A DNA stretch of 64,000 nt from an uncultured Acidobacteriota bacterium (GTDB lineage: Bacteria > Acidobacteriota > Thermoanaerobaculia > UBA5066), in contig CAVZYA010000002.1 of the NCBI GenBank assembly GCA_963779415.1, positions 672,001 to 736,000 of the forward strand, read 5' to 3'. The notes under the pieces were generated by a model that saw nothing but the letters and a program-made list of their open reading frames with translations, had not been told where the DNA came from and did no database searches. This document shows, piece by piece, positions 19,040 through 34,404 of this stretch (the stretch's first letter is position 1; each line of letters begins with the position of its first letter). Made by a program: the position numbers and the translations under genes.

Positions 19040-19068
19040 AGGCCGGCTTTCGAGCCGGCCTTTTTTTT
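19040..19068 (+). terminator. Intrinsic terminator
   Basis: AGGCCGGCT-TTCG-AGCCGGCCT followed by a T-run. Confidence 0.9.
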
Positions 19069-19084
19069 CCTTTTGGAGGGATGA

Positions 19085-21148
19085 ATGCGCTATCGAATCC
19101 TCGCCGTCCTCTTATTCGTCCTCGTCGCCGCGGCCCTTCCCGCAGCCGCGACGCGCCCGATGAGCCTCGACGACCTCCTGGACGCCGCCCGCGTCTCCGA
19201 CCCGCAGCTCTCGCCCGACGGGAAGTGGGTCGCCTTCGTCCGGACCGGGACGGACCAAAAGACGCTGAAGAGGAACGCCGACCTCTTCCTCGTCCCGTCG
19301 GACGGCTCGGCGCCGCCGCGCCCCCTGACTCGCGACGAGAAGAGCGACTCGGCGCCGCGCTTCTCGCCGGACGGGCGGACACTGGCCTTCCTCTCGACGC
19401 GGAGCGGCTCCTCGCAGGTCTGGCTCCTCCGCCTCGACGGCGGCGAGCCCCGAAAGATCACTGAGGTCCCCGGAGGCGTCGAGACGCCTCTCGTCTTCTC
19501 GCCCGACGGCCGGCGGGTGGCTTTCGTCGCCGACGTCTTTCCGGTATGCGCCGACGAGGCGTGCAACCGGAAACGGTTCGAGGAGTCGGAGAAGGGGGTC
19601 GTGAAGGCCTACCACCTGACCCGCCTCATGTCCCGGCACTGGGACACCTGGCGCCCCGAGGTCCGGCACCACGTTCTCCTCGCCGACCTCGAGACGGGAA
19701 AGACATCGGACGTGACCCCCGGCGACTTCGACTCCCCTCCCCATTTCTACGAGGAAGGCGGCGTCGTCTTCTCGCCGGACGGAAAGCAACTCGCGGTCGT
19801 CTCCAACCGCGACGGGAACGACAAGGAGGCGTGGACGACCAACAAAGACGTCTTTCTGATCCCGGCCTCCGGGGGCGAAGCGCGGAAGCTGACCGCGAAT
19901 CCCGCCGCCGACGTCTCCCCCGAGTTCACTCCGGACGGGAAGTTCCTGATCACGCGCTCGCAGCGGCGGCCCGGCTTCGAGGCCGACCGGTGGTGGCTCG
20001 TGGCGTGGGACGTCGCGACGGGGGCGAAGCGGACGATCTTCTCGGAGCCCGACCTCTCCGTGGACGAGTTCGTACTCTCGCGGGACGGGAAGACCGTCTA
20101 CTTCACGGCGGAAAGCGAGGGCCGGAAGAACCTCTACGAGGTCCCCTTCGAGGGGGGAACGCCGAAAGAGCTGAAAAAGGGGGGAGACATCGGCTCGCTC
20201 AGGACCGGAGGCGGCTTCGTGGTCTTCGCGGAATCGACTCTGACTTCGCCCCCTGAGGTCTTCCTTCTTTCACTAGAAGAAAGATCGGCGTCACCCGCCG
20301 CGGGGACGCATCCGGTGAAGGCCCTGACCGACGAGAACGCGAAATGGCTCGCCGAGACGACCCGCAACGTCCCCGAGAGCTTCAGTGTGAAAGGAGCGGG
20401 GGGTGCGCCGGTCCAGTCCTGGCTCATCAAGCCTCCCGGCTTCGACCCGGCGAAGAAGTACCCCGTCGTCTTCCTGATCCATGGCGGGCCGCAGGGCGCC
20501 TGGGAGGACGGCTGGTCGTACCGCTGGTGCCCGACGCTCTGGGCCGCACAGGGATGGATCGTCGTCCTTCCGAACCCGAGGGGCTCGACCGGCTTCGGAC
20601 AGAAGTTCGTGGACGAGATCTCGGGCGACTGGTGCGGGAAGGTGATGACCGATCTCTTCGCGGTCTTCGACGACGTGGCGAGGAGTCCGTTCGTCGACGC
20701 CTCGCGAATGGGCATCGCCGGGGCGAGCTACGGCGGTTACGCGGTCGACTGGATCCTGACGCAGACGGACCGCTTCAAGGCGGCCGTGACGCACGACGGG
20801 GTCTTCGACCTCTCCTCGATGGCCGGCTCGACCGACGAGCTCTGGTTCGACGAATGGGACAACGGCGGCCCGTCGTGGTCGAAGGCGGCGAAGGCGCACG
20901 TGGCCCGCTGCTCGCCCCTCCTCTACGCGGAGCGGATCGTGACGCCGACGTTCGTCGTCACGAACGAGCTCGATTACCGCGTGCCGGTCGACCAGGGCTT
21001 CCAGCTCTTCACGCTCCTCCGCCGGCGGGGCGTCCCGAGCGAGGCGCTCGTCTTTCCCGACGAGGGGCACTTCGTCCTGAAGCCGTGGAACTCGAAGCTC
21101 TGGCACGAATCGGTCTTCGGATGGATGAAGAAGTACCTCGGGCCCTGA
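19085..21148 (+). CDS. S9 family peptidase (dipeptidyl/acylaminoacyl peptidase-like), secreted
   Basis: Signal peptide, SPDG propeller repeats, IHGGPQ, GASYGG nucleophile, D.RVP and FPDEGH motifs. Confidence 0.93.
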   Translation: MRYRILAVLLFVLVAAALPAAATRPMSLDDLLDAARVSDPQLSPDGKWVAFVRTGTDQKTLKRNADLFLVPSDGSAPPRPLTRDEKSDSAPRFSPDGRTLAFLSTRSGSSQVWLLRLDGGEPRKITEVPGGVETPLVFSPDGRRVAFVADVFPVCADEACNRKRFEESEKGVVKAYHLTRLMSRHWDTWRPEVRHHVLLADLETGKTSDVTPGDFDSPPHFYEEGGVVFSPDGKQLAVVSNRDGNDKEAWTTNKDVFLIPASGGEARKLTANPAADVSPEFTPDGKFLITRSQRRPGFEADRWWLVAWDVATGAKRTIFSEPDLSVDEFVLSRDGKTVYFTAESEGRKNLYEVPFEGGTPKELKKGGDIGSLRTGGGFVVFAESTLTSPPEVFLLSLEERSASPAAGTHPVKALTDENAKWLAETTRNVPESFSVKGAGGAPVQSWLIKPPGFDPAKKYPVVFLIHGGPQGAWEDGWSYRWCPTLWAAQGWIVVLPNPRGSTGFGQKFVDEISGDWCGKVMTDLFAVFDDVARSPFVDASRMGIAGASYGGYAVDWILTQTDRFKAAVTHDGVFDLSSMAGSTDELWFDEWDNGGPSWSKAAKAHVARCSPLLYAERIVTPTFVVTNELDYRVPVDQGFQLFTLLRRRGVPSEALVFPDEGHFVLKPWNSKLWHESVFGWMKKYLGP

Positions 21149-21173
21149 CAGGTCGGGGCGACCCGCAGGGCAG

Positions 21174-23069
21174 ATGAAGCCCGATTTTTCACCGCCGTCG
21201 GTCCGGACGATACCGGTCGTCTTCCTGATGAGTGTGCCGGTCGTGGCGGGGATCACCGTGGACCTGGTCGTCGAGGCGCTCGGAGCGGTTTCCCTCCTCG
21301 GGAGCCGGAACGCGTGGCGGATCTCCTGGTTGGTCGGGACCGCGGCCGTCGTCCTGGCGCTCCGGCTTCTCTACAGGGTCCTCGAAGGAGCCCGGGACGC
21401 GCGACGGCCCCCTCCGGACGTTCCGGTTCTCGTTGCGATCCCGGTCATTCTCGCGGTGACTCTTCTGACGGCGCTCGTCTCCCCGCCGAACACCTACGAC
21501 GCGCTCACCTACCACAACTCCCGCGTCATGCAGTGGTGGGATCACGGGCACCTCGGATTCTGGGAGACGTCGATCCGGAGGCAGCTCCTGATGCCTCCCC
21601 TCGCTTCCTACTTCCGGCTCTCGCTCTACGGCCCGACGGGGTCGGATCTTCTCTTCAACGCCGTCCAGTGGCTCTTCTTCGTCTACGCGATCGTCGGCGC
21701 CTGGGCTCTCGCCGAAGCGCTCGCTCCCGGGCGGAAGGCGAGCAGCCTCGCCGCGGTTCTCGTCGCCACGATGCCGATGGCCGTTCTTCAGAGCACCAGC
21801 TCCCAGAACGATCTCGTTTGCGCGGGCTACGTCGTCGGAGCAGCCTTCTTCCTGGCGCGCGTCCTCGGCGATCCGGTGTCCGGGGCCGGTATGGATCTCA
21901 CGCTGCTCGGCGGAGCCGTCGGGCTGGCTCTCCTGACGAAAGGGACGGCAATCCCGTTCGCTCTTCCCCTTCTCGCCGTGGGTGTCGGCGTCGCTCTCTA
22001 TCGGGCGGTCCGGTCCCACGGCGCCCGAGGTCGGACGGCGCTCGGCGGCGCGCTGGCCGCCGTCGCCCTCGCCGTTCTCCTCAATCTCCCGCACACTCTC
22101 CGCGTTCTCTCGTGGTTACCTTCGGCGGAGGACCGCTACCCGGAGGTCGTTCGGCTTTCTTCCTATCTTCAGGATGGCTTCGAGACCGGCGCCGGACGGG
22201 CCCTCTCGCAATTGACGAGAAACGGGGTCCTTCAGCTCGGACAGCTCCGCTTCCTCGGGGTCCGCTCGGCAGCCGTCGTCGGGGGCGTCTCCCGCCTCCA
22301 CGCGTGGCTCGGGCTCGACGTCGACGATCCGTCGATCTCGTTTCGACGCACGCGCTTCGAAGAGGCCCGATGGCAGTTGCCGAATCACGAAGACACGGCG
22401 CCGTCCACTCTCCACTTCCTTCTCGCGCTCCTGTCTCCGGCGCTGCTGCTCATGGGCGGGAACGCCGCGCGGGGCCTCAGGCGCGCGCTCGGGCTCACGT
22501 TTGCGGTCGGGTGGGCTCTCTGGGTCCTCTTCTGCCTGAGTGTCACCTGGATGCCGTGGAACCAGCGCCTCCAGCTCCCGGTGCTGATTCTCCTGATGGT
22601 TCCGGCCGCGGTCGCCTGTTCGGCGGTCCCCCGCTTCGGCCGTGCCATCGCCGTCCTCGCTCTCGTCTCCTCCGTTCCCTACCTTCTCCTGAACTTCTCG
22701 CGGCCTCTTCTCGGGCTCGATCCCGTCTCGCACCCACCGGTGTGGCGTCGCCTCTGGACGGGGGGCGGAACCGGAGAGGTCCGGTCGATCCTCGGGACAT
22801 CGCGATGGGACGACTACTTTCGAAATGCCGCGGGTTACCGCAAGGGGATCGAGAAAAGCCTCTCGACGATCGCAACGGAATGCCCGGACGGAGCCATCGT
22901 CGGTCTCCGCGTGCCGGAGAGTTATCCCGAGTACCTTCTCTGGGCCGGGGCCCGGCATCTCGGCCGCGACTTCCGGTTTCGGCATCTCGGCGCTTCGTCG
23001 GGGTCCGGGAACGCCTGCGCCGTCATCCGCGGAAACTCCGGTGTCGTCGAGGTCGTGCGGAGCCGCTGA
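21174..23069 (+). CDS. Multi-TM GT-C fold (ArnT/PMT-like) glycosyltransferase
   Basis: About 12 hydrophobic segments; PPNTYDALTYH, STSSQNDL and TKGT motifs. Confidence 0.65.
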   Translation: MKPDFSPPSVRTIPVVFLMSVPVVAGITVDLVVEALGAVSLLGSRNAWRISWLVGTAAVVLALRLLYRVLEGARDARRPPPDVPVLVAIPVILAVTLLTALVSPPNTYDALTYHNSRVMQWWDHGHLGFWETSIRRQLLMPPLASYFRLSLYGPTGSDLLFNAVQWLFFVYAIVGAWALAEALAPGRKASSLAAVLVATMPMAVLQSTSSQNDLVCAGYVVGAAFFLARVLGDPVSGAGMDLTLLGGAVGLALLTKGTAIPFALPLLAVGVGVALYRAVRSHGARGRTALGGALAAVALAVLLNLPHTLRVLSWLPSAEDRYPEVVRLSSYLQDGFETGAGRALSQLTRNGVLQLGQLRFLGVRSAAVVGGVSRLHAWLGLDVDDPSISFRRTRFEEARWQLPNHEDTAPSTLHFLLALLSPALLLMGGNAARGLRRALGLTFAVGWALWVLFCLSVTWMPWNQRLQLPVLILLMVPAAVACSAVPRFGRAIAVLALVSSVPYLLLNFSRPLLGLDPVSHPPVWRRLWTGGGTGEVRSILGTSRWDDYFRNAAGYRKGIEKSLSTIATECPDGAIVGLRVPESYPEYLLWAGARHLGRDFRFRHLGASSGSGNACAVIRGNSGVVEVVRSR

Positions 23070-23115
23070 ACGGGCCCCATCGTGCGTGCTAGCATCACGG
23101 GCTTCAGCCCGCCGG

Positions 23116-23199
23116 GCGGGAGTGGCGGAATGGCAGACGCGCGGGACTTAGGCTCCCGTGGGGAAACCCGTGAGGGTTCGATTCCCTCCTCCCGCACCA
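23116..23199 (+). tRNA. tRNA-Leu(TAG)
   Basis: 84 nt with variable arm; CGGGA-CTTAGGC-TCCCG; encoded CCA; upstream of tig. Confidence 0.95.
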
Positions 23200-23234
23200 C
23201 TCCGAAGGCATCACGAGAGCAAGGAAGCCGCCCC

Positions 23235-24536
23235 ATGATCAACTCTTTCGTCGACGAGTCCCCGACCAAGAAGTCCCTGACCGTGGAGATCCCGGCCGAG
23301 GAAGTCCGCCGCGTGACGGACCGGACGGCCCGGAAGGTCGCCCGCGAGCTCGAGCTTCCGGGTTTCCGGAAAGGAAAGGTGCCGCCGGATCTCGTCCGGA
23401 AGAGGTTCGCGGACGCCCTGAAGAACGAAGTCGTCGAGCACCTCGTCCAGGAGGCCGTCGCCGAGGCGCTGAAGGAGAGGAGCCTCGTGCCGCTCGGCCC
23501 GCCGAAGGTGGGCGAGGTGAAGTTCGAGTTCGACGCCCCTCTCTCGTTCTCCGTGGAGCTCGAGGTGCGGCCCCCCGTCGCGCCGAAGGACTACCGCGGG
23601 CTCAAGGTCCCCGCGGGCTCCTCGACGCCCACCGCCGAGGAGATCGCCCTGGTTCTCGAGCGGCTTCGTGAAGGCCACGCCCACTTCGACGCCGTCGAGG
23701 GGCGCTCGGCCGCCGACGGGGACTTCGCGCTCGTCGACCTGAAGGGGACCTTCCCGGCCGGGGACGGCAAGGACTTCGAGGCCGAGAAGACCCTCGTCGA
23801 GATCGGCGGCGAGCAGACGCTCCCGGAGCTTTCGGCCCACCTCCGCCACGCGGAGCCGGGGGCGACCACCACCTTCCAGAAGGACTATCCCGCCGGCGCG
23901 CCGGACCCGGCCTACGCAGGGAAGACGGTCCTCTACACCGTCCACCTCGTCGCCCTGAAAAGCCGCGTCCTGCCGCCTCTCGACGACGACCTCGCGCGGA
24001 CCATCCTGACGCCACGCGAAGGGGAAGCGCCCGAGGGGGCGGACCTCGCCTTCCTCAGGGAGAAGGTGACGGAGTCGCTGACGAAGGACAAGGAGGGGGT
24101 CCTCCGGGAGAACCGTCGCCGCGCCCTTCTCGACGGCCTCCTCGCCCTGAACGACGTCGCGGCCCCCGAGTCGATGGTGGAGGCGGAGATCGAGTCGGCG
24201 CTCCGGGAGTACGCCCGGCACCTCACCCGGCAGGGGGTGAACCTGAAGGAGGCGCAGCTCGACTGGAACTCGCTCCGGGGCGAGGCGCGCGACGGCGCGG
24301 TCCGCCGCGTGAAGGAGTACCTCCTTCTCGACGCGATCGGCGAGGCGGAGAGCGTCTCCGTCACCGACACGGAGCTCGACGCGGAGCTGAAGCGCCGGTC
24401 GCAGGCGGCCGGGATGTCGTTCGCGGAGCTGAAGGGAGCGCTCGTGAAGGCGCACCGCCTCGAAGGGCTCCGCGAGGAGATGAGGATCGAAAGAGTCCTC
24501 GAGTTCCTCCTCGCCGAAGCCGTCGTCGCGAGCTGA
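23235..24536 (+). CDS. tig: Trigger factor
   Basis: LPGFRKGKVP signature; tig-clpP-clpX-lon order. Confidence 0.93.
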   Translation: MINSFVDESPTKKSLTVEIPAEEVRRVTDRTARKVARELELPGFRKGKVPPDLVRKRFADALKNEVVEHLVQEAVAEALKERSLVPLGPPKVGEVKFEFDAPLSFSVELEVRPPVAPKDYRGLKVPAGSSTPTAEEIALVLERLREGHAHFDAVEGRSAADGDFALVDLKGTFPAGDGKDFEAEKTLVEIGGEQTLPELSAHLRHAEPGATTTFQKDYPAGAPDPAYAGKTVLYTVHLVALKSRVLPPLDDDLARTILTPREGEAPEGADLAFLREKVTESLTKDKEGVLRENRRRALLDGLLALNDVAAPESMVEAEIESALREYARHLTRQGVNLKEAQLDWNSLRGEARDGAVRRVKEYLLLDAIGEAESVSVTDTELDAELKRRSQAAGMSFAELKGALVKAHRLEGLREEMRIERVLEFLLAEAVVAS

Positions 24537-24567
24537 CGCGTAAGATCCGGCCGGAGGGCACAGGTCC

Positions 24568-25170
24568 ATGTCGATGCTGATCCCGATGGTCATCGAGCAG
24601 ACGAATCGCGGGGAGCGCGCGTACGACATCTACTCGCGCCTCCTGAAGGACAACGTCATCTTCCTCGGCTCGGGGATCAACGACGAGATCTCGAACCTCG
24701 TCATCGCCCAGATGCTCTTCCTCGAGGCGGAGAACCCCGAGAAGGACATCACGCTCTACATCAACTCGCCGGGCGGATCGGTCTCGGCGGGCCTCGCGAT
24801 CTACGACACCATGCAGTACGTGAAGCCGGACGTCGCGACCTACTGCATCGGGCAGGCCGCCTCGATGGCCGCGGTCCTTCTGGCCGGCGGCGCGAAGGGG
24901 AAGCGCGCCGCGCTCCCGAACGCCCGGATCCTGATCCATCAGCCGCACGGTGGGGCCGAAGGACAGGTCTCCGACATCGAGATCCAGGCCAAGGAGATGC
25001 TCCGGACGAAGAAGAGGCTGAACGAGATCCTCTCCTTCCACACGGGGCAGCCCTTCCCCACGATCGAGAAGGACACGGACCGGGACAACATTTTCGAGCC
25101 CGACGGCGCGAAGGACTACGGCCTGATCGACCTCGTCATCCGCCGGCGTGACGACAAGACGGTCCCCTGA
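24568..25170 (+). CDS. clpP: Clp protease proteolytic subunit
   Basis: [22 protein letters not shown] and IHQP motifs. Confidence 0.98.
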   Translation: MSMLIPMVIEQTNRGERAYDIYSRLLKDNVIFLGSGINDEISNLVIAQMLFLEAENPEKDITLYINSPGGSVSAGLAIYDTMQYVKPDVATYCIGQAASMAAVLLAGGAKGKRAALPNARILIHQPHGGAEGQVSDIEIQAKEMLRTKKRLNEILSFHTGQPFPTIEKDTDRDNIFEPDGAKDYGLIDLVIRRRDDKTVP

Positions 25171-25263
25171 GGGCCCGGGCGGCGCCGCGCCGCCGGGTTG
25201 ACCCCCGGGGCGGAGAGGTTAAGATCCCGTTGGAGCCATGAGGAGGGCGACCGCGGTCATTTC

Positions 25264-26508
<1,245 letters not shown>

Positions 26509-26587
26509 GGCCTCTCGCCTCCTTCCGCCCCGGAGCTTCAGAGATGCCACCCCCCGTCTCTCGTGTTTTTTCTATCGAGGTGATCCC

Positions 26588-29008
<2,421 letters not shown>

Positions 29009-29241
29009 GCGGCCTGTAACCCTTTTTCCCGGGATTGCGTAGAATAAGGGTGCGCCGGGGGTGCCTTGCCCGGTCTCCCGACGGCGGCTCCCGCCGCCCC
29101 TTCCGAACGACGACCCCGAAAGAGTCCCGGATCTCCTTCAGCACGCGGTCCGAGTCGGGCCGCTTCCAGACTTCGATGGCTTCCACCTCATCGCACCCGA
29201 GCCTTCCTGCCGGTCTTCGGGCCGGACGGGAGACCTCCGCC

Positions 29242-29910
29242 TTGAAGGGAAGGCTCGGCCGCGAGGTGCGGCTCGTCCTCGCCGCCCATCGGCCCGGCGA
29301 GCGGCCGACCGGGACGCTACTCCCGGTCGTCGCGATTCTCGGCCGGTCGAACGTCGGGAAGTCGAGCCTCCTGAACGCCCTCCTCGGCGCGAAGGCGGCG
29401 CGCGTCTCGGCCACCCCCGGGCGTACGCAGGCGCTCTACTGGTATCGCGTGGACGAGACGTTCGACCTCGTCGACTGTCCGGGCTACGGGTATGCGAAGA
29501 CGGGGAGACAGAAGAGAGAGAGCCTCGAAAGGTTAATCGAGTGCTTGCTGACAGGCGCGGCCGAAGATGGCGGCGCGCCGCAGACGGCGCGACAGCCGGT
29601 TGCCGCACTCCTCCTCGTCGATGGACGCCTCGAGCCTCAGAGCTCCGACCTCTCCATGGCCCTCTTTCTAAGAGAATCCTTCGTCCCCACGTTCGTTGCC
29701 GCGACGAAGTGGGATGCGGTCAGACCTTCCGAGCGCGTCCGCCGCGAGCGAACGCTCGCGGCGGCATATCGTGACGAATCCCGCCCCCTCCTGCCCGTCT
29801 CGGCCGAGACGGGCGAAAACCTGAACGCCCTTGCCCGGCTCCTTCGCGACCGGGTGATGGCCCCGCCCCGCGGCCGCCTCTCCTCCGGCGCGTCCGCACC
29901 TCTCATTTGA
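29242..29910 (+). CDS. engB: Ribosome biogenesis GTPase EngB/YihA/YsxC
   Basis: [22 protein letters not shown] and TKWD motifs; follows lon. Start is TTG 29242 (GGGAG SD) or ATG 29176. Confidence 0.88.
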   Translation: MKGRLGREVRLVLAAHRPGERPTGTLLPVVAILGRSNVGKSSLLNALLGAKAARVSATPGRTQALYWYRVDETFDLVDCPGYGYAKTGRQKRESLERLIECLLTGAAEDGGAPQTARQPVAALLLVDGRLEPQSSDLSMALFLRESFVPTFVAATKWDAVRPSERVRRERTLAAAYRDESRPLLPVSAETGENLNALARLLRDRVMAPPRGRLSSGASAPLI

Positions 29911-29921
29911 AGGAGGCCCCC

Positions 29922-31277
<1,356 letters not shown>

Positions 31278-31287
31278 GACCCTCGCT

Positions 31288-32277
31288 TCAGGCGTGCAGC
31301 TCCACGACGTCCTTGTCGACGAGGACGTGGTGGCGGTCGACCTGCTGGCCGTCGAACTTCGCGTGCCCCCAGATCCGGGCGAACTTGAGCCGTTCGGCGA
31401 TCTCCTTGTGGACGTGCAGGGCGAAGTCGTGGATCGTCGCCCCCTCCGGGAGGACGAACGGGCGGTCCATGTCCGGCTTGTGCCCCGGCTCCTTGCCGTA
31501 GACGCGGATCTTCTTCAGTTCGCGGAAGAGGTGCTCGCGGAGGGGTTCGAGGCCGGCGCCGGTCGCCGCCGAGACGGCGAAGAAGGGGAGGTCCTCGCCG
31601 ATCGCCTCGCGCGCGAGCGCGGCGAAGGTCCCGTCGTCGACGTCGCTCTTGTTTCCGAGGACGCCGACCGGCTTCGCCATGAGGAAGGGGGGCGCGTTCG
31701 CGGGGAGCGGGCGGATTCGCGGCCAGACGCGGGCACGGGAGAGCAGGTCGAAGAGGAGCCGCGCGGCGTCGGCCGTGTCGTCCGCCGCGACGTCGAAGAC
31801 GAGGAGGAGGCCGTCGGCGTTGTGCGCGAGGTTCACGAGATACGGCTCGGCGTGGTCGGCGGAGACCGGCGGCGTGTCGACGAGCTGGATCGGCACGTCC
31901 TCGAACGCCGTCATCCCGGGAAGAGGGGCGCGCGTCGTGAACGGGTAGTCGCCGATCTCGGGATGGGCGTGGGTCAGGGCGGCCAGGAGCGACGACTTGC
32001 CTCCGTTCGGGGGGCCGAGGAGGACCCACTGCCCGGCCCCCTCGCGGTGGACGTGTCCCGGGTCGATGCGGTGCGGGCCGCTCCGGGCGATCGAGGCTTC
32101 CTCGTCCTCGAGCCGCGCGAGGCGCCGCTTCAGGTCGGCCTGGAGCTTCTCCGTCCCCTTGTGCTTCGGGATGACGGCGAGCATCTCGTGGAGCGCCTCG
32201 ATCTTCCCGGCGTGGGAAGCCGCCGCCTTGAACCGCTCCTCGGCATCGTGGTACTGCGGGGTCAGATTCGCCGGCAC
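31288..32277 (-). CDS. DRG/OBG-family GTPase with TGS domain
   Basis: MPANL..., [30 protein letters not shown]; C-terminal TGS-like domain. Confidence 0.88.
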   Translation of the reverse strand: MPANLTPQYHDAEERFKAAASHAGKIEALHEMLAVIPKHKGTEKLQADLKRRLARLEDEEASIARSGPHRIDPGHVHREGAGQWVLLGPPNGGKSSLLAALTHAHPEIGDYPFTTRAPLPGMTAFEDVPIQLVDTPPVSADHAEPYLVNLAHNADGLLLVFDVAADDTADAARLLFDLLSRARVWPRIRPLPANAPPFLMAKPVGVLGNKSDVDDGTFAALAREAIGEDLPFFAVSAATGAGLEPLREHLFRELKKIRVYGKEPGHKPDMDRPFVLPEGATIHDFALHVHKEIAERLKFARIWGHAKFDGQQVDRHHVLVDKDVVELHA

Positions 32278-32348
32278 GCCTCCATTATGGCCGCGAGAAC
32301 CGTCCGTCCGCGCGGGGCCATCGTATAGTCGTGAGAGGTCGCACGACG

Positions 32349-33176
32349 GTGTCCGAGGGAACGCGCATCCGGATCTCCCTGATCGACTACGTCAACACGT
32401 GGCCGCTGACGTGGGGTTTCCTCAAGGGGGCCGTGGAGCGGATCGAGCTGTTCCACGACACTCCGGCGGCCTGTGCGGCCCGCCTGGCCCGCGGGGAGGT
32501 GGACGCCGGCCTGATCCCCGCCGTGGAGGCGGCGCGGATCCCCGGGGTGCGGCTCGTCCGCGGCGTCGGGATCGCGGCGCGAGAGCGGGTCCGGAGCGTC
32601 GTGCTCGTGTCGCGGCGCCCTTTCGGAGAAAAGACGTCCCCGCTCCGGTCCGTGGCACTCGACGTCTCGTCGCGCTCCTCGGCGGCGATGGTCCGGATCC
32701 TCCTCGAAGAGCTTTACCGGCTCCGGCCGGAGTACCACGAGGCGGTGCCCGACCTTTCCGAGATGCTGCGCCACCACGATGCCGCGCTCCTCATCGGAGA
32801 CCCGGCGCTGACGGCGGATCTCCAGGGGCTTTTCGTCCTCGACCTCGCGGAGGGATGGCGTCGGCTGACCGGACTCCCCTTCGTCTTCGCCGTCTGGGCC
32901 GTCCGTCCCTCGGTCCCGCCGGAGCCCTTCCTCTGGTCGAGGGACTACGCCCAGCGGCACTTCGGGGAGCTGGTCGACGCGGCGACCGCGCGGACCAATC
33001 TTCCGCGCGAGATCGTCTCCGGGTACCTCGACGGAAATCTCCACCACGATCTCGACGCCGACGACGAGAAGGGGCTCGCCGAGTTCTACCGCCGGGCGTT
33101 CGGGCACGGGCTCATCCCGTCTCCCGACGTTCCCCCCTTCTCGGGCGTGCCGCTGGTTCCCCACCGGGAAATCTGA
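32349..33176 (+). CDS. mqnA: Chorismate dehydratase (futalosine menaquinone pathway)
   Basis: YVN..PL, V.SV.L.S, SRSS, LLIGD.AL and W..LTGLPFVFAVW motifs. Confidence 0.9.
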   Translation: MSEGTRIRISLIDYVNTWPLTWGFLKGAVERIELFHDTPAACAARLARGEVDAGLIPAVEAARIPGVRLVRGVGIAARERVRSVVLVSRRPFGEKTSPLRSVALDVSSRSSAAMVRILLEELYRLRPEYHEAVPDLSEMLRHHDAALLIGDPALTADLQGLFVLDLAEGWRRLTGLPFVFAVWAVRPSVPPEPFLWSRDYAQRHFGELVDAATARTNLPREIVSGYLDGNLHHDLDADDEKGLAEFYRRAFGHGLIPSPDVPPFSGVPLVPHREI

Positions 33177-33209
33177 CTCGCGGCGTCGATCGGGTAGAGT
33201 TCGCTTTTC

Positions 33210-34397
33210 ATGCCGGTCGCCGAAGCTCCCGAGACGACGCTCCTCCCGACCCCCCCGGCCCCCGGCCTCGGGGGCTCCCCCCGCGTCGAGGCGATCCTCG
33301 GGCGCGTGGCCCTCGGGGAGCGGCTCTCGTTCGACGACACCCTCGTCCTCTTCCGCGAGGCGACCCTCCTCGAACTCGGCGAGGCGGCGCACGCCGTCCG
33401 CTGCCGGATGCAGCCGCCGGGGCGCGCCACCTACCAGGTCGACCGGAACATCAACTACACGAACGTCTGCATCTACCGCTGCACCTTCTGCGCCTTCTAC
33501 CGGAAGGCGGGGGATGCCGAGGCGTACGTCCTTTCCCTCCCCGAGATCGGGCGGAAGGTGGAGGAGACGATCGCCCTCGGGGGGACCGGTATTCTCCTGC
33601 AGGGGGGGGTCCACGCGGAGCTTCCGTTCTCCTTCTACGAGGAGCTGCTCGGGTTCCTCCGGGAGCGCTATCCCGGCGTCCACCGGCACGCCTTCTCCGC
33701 GCCGGAGATCTATTTCCTCGCGAAGAAGGAGCGCTGGACGGTGGCCGAGACGCTTCGGCGCCTGAGGGACGCGGGCCTGATGTCGGTTCCCGGCGGCGGG
33801 GCGGAGATCCTCGACGACGAGGTCCGCAAGCGGATCTGGGCCCTGACGAAATCGCCGACGCCGAAGTGGGCCGAGGTCCACCGCGAGGCGCATCGCCTCG
33901 GGATGCCGACGACGGCCACGATGATGTTCGGCGTGGCGGAGACGTACGAGCAGCGCCTGAACCACTTCGACGTCGTCCGGAGGCTTCAGGACGAGTCGCT
34001 CGCCGAAGGCGCCGGCTCGTTCACCGCGTTCATCCCCTGGACCTTCCAGGAGGAGAACACGGCCCTCGAGCGCGAGGTCGAGACGGCCGGGGGGTACGAC
34101 TACCTCCGGACGCTCGCCCTCTCCCGCCTCTACCTCGACAACGTCCCGCACGTCCAGGGCTCGTGGGTGACCCAGGGGAAGAAGATCGGGCAGCTCTCGC
34201 TCGCCTTCGGGGCCGACGACCTCGGGTCGATCATGATCGAGGAGAACGTCGTCGCGGCGGCCGGAGCGCACAACCGGATGACGCGCGGGGAGATGACGGC
34301 CCTGATCCGCGACGCGGGCTTTTCGCCGGTCCAGCGCGGCTCGGTCTACGAGCGGTGCCGGGAGGCCTGCTGCGCCGCCCTGAACAGGGAGGCGTGA
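33210..34397 (+). CDS. mqnC: Cyclic dehypoxanthine futalosine synthase (radical SAM)
   Basis: RNINYTNVCIYRCTFCAFYR, PGGGAEIL, TATMMFG, AFIPWTFQ and SIMIEENVV motifs; next to mqnA. Confidence 0.9.
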   Translation: MPVAEAPETTLLPTPPAPGLGGSPRVEAILGRVALGERLSFDDTLVLFREATLLELGEAAHAVRCRMQPPGRATYQVDRNINYTNVCIYRCTFCAFYRKAGDAEAYVLSLPEIGRKVEETIALGGTGILLQGGVHAELPFSFYEELLGFLRERYPGVHRHAFSAPEIYFLAKKERWTVAETLRRLRDAGLMSVPGGGAEILDDEVRKRIWALTKSPTPKWAEVHREAHRLGMPTTATMMFGVAETYEQRLNHFDVVRRLQDESLAEGAGSFTAFIPWTFQEENTALEREVETAGGYDYLRTLALSRLYLDNVPHVQGSWVTQGKKIGQLSLAFGADDLGSIMIEENVVAAAGAHNRMTRGEMTALIRDAGFSPVQRGSVYERCREACCAALNREA

Positions 34398-34404
34398 GGG
34401 AGTC

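Noticed and set aside
18953-23199. Genomic island between tRNA-Lys and tRNA-Leu
   Set aside because: No integrase, no duplicated tRNA 3' end (att site) and no obvious composition shift.
29048-29198. 6S RNA-like rod (GGGTGCG...CGCACCC)
   Set aside because: Internal pairing is poor and there are no recognisable 6S motifs; kept only as a structured leader candidate.
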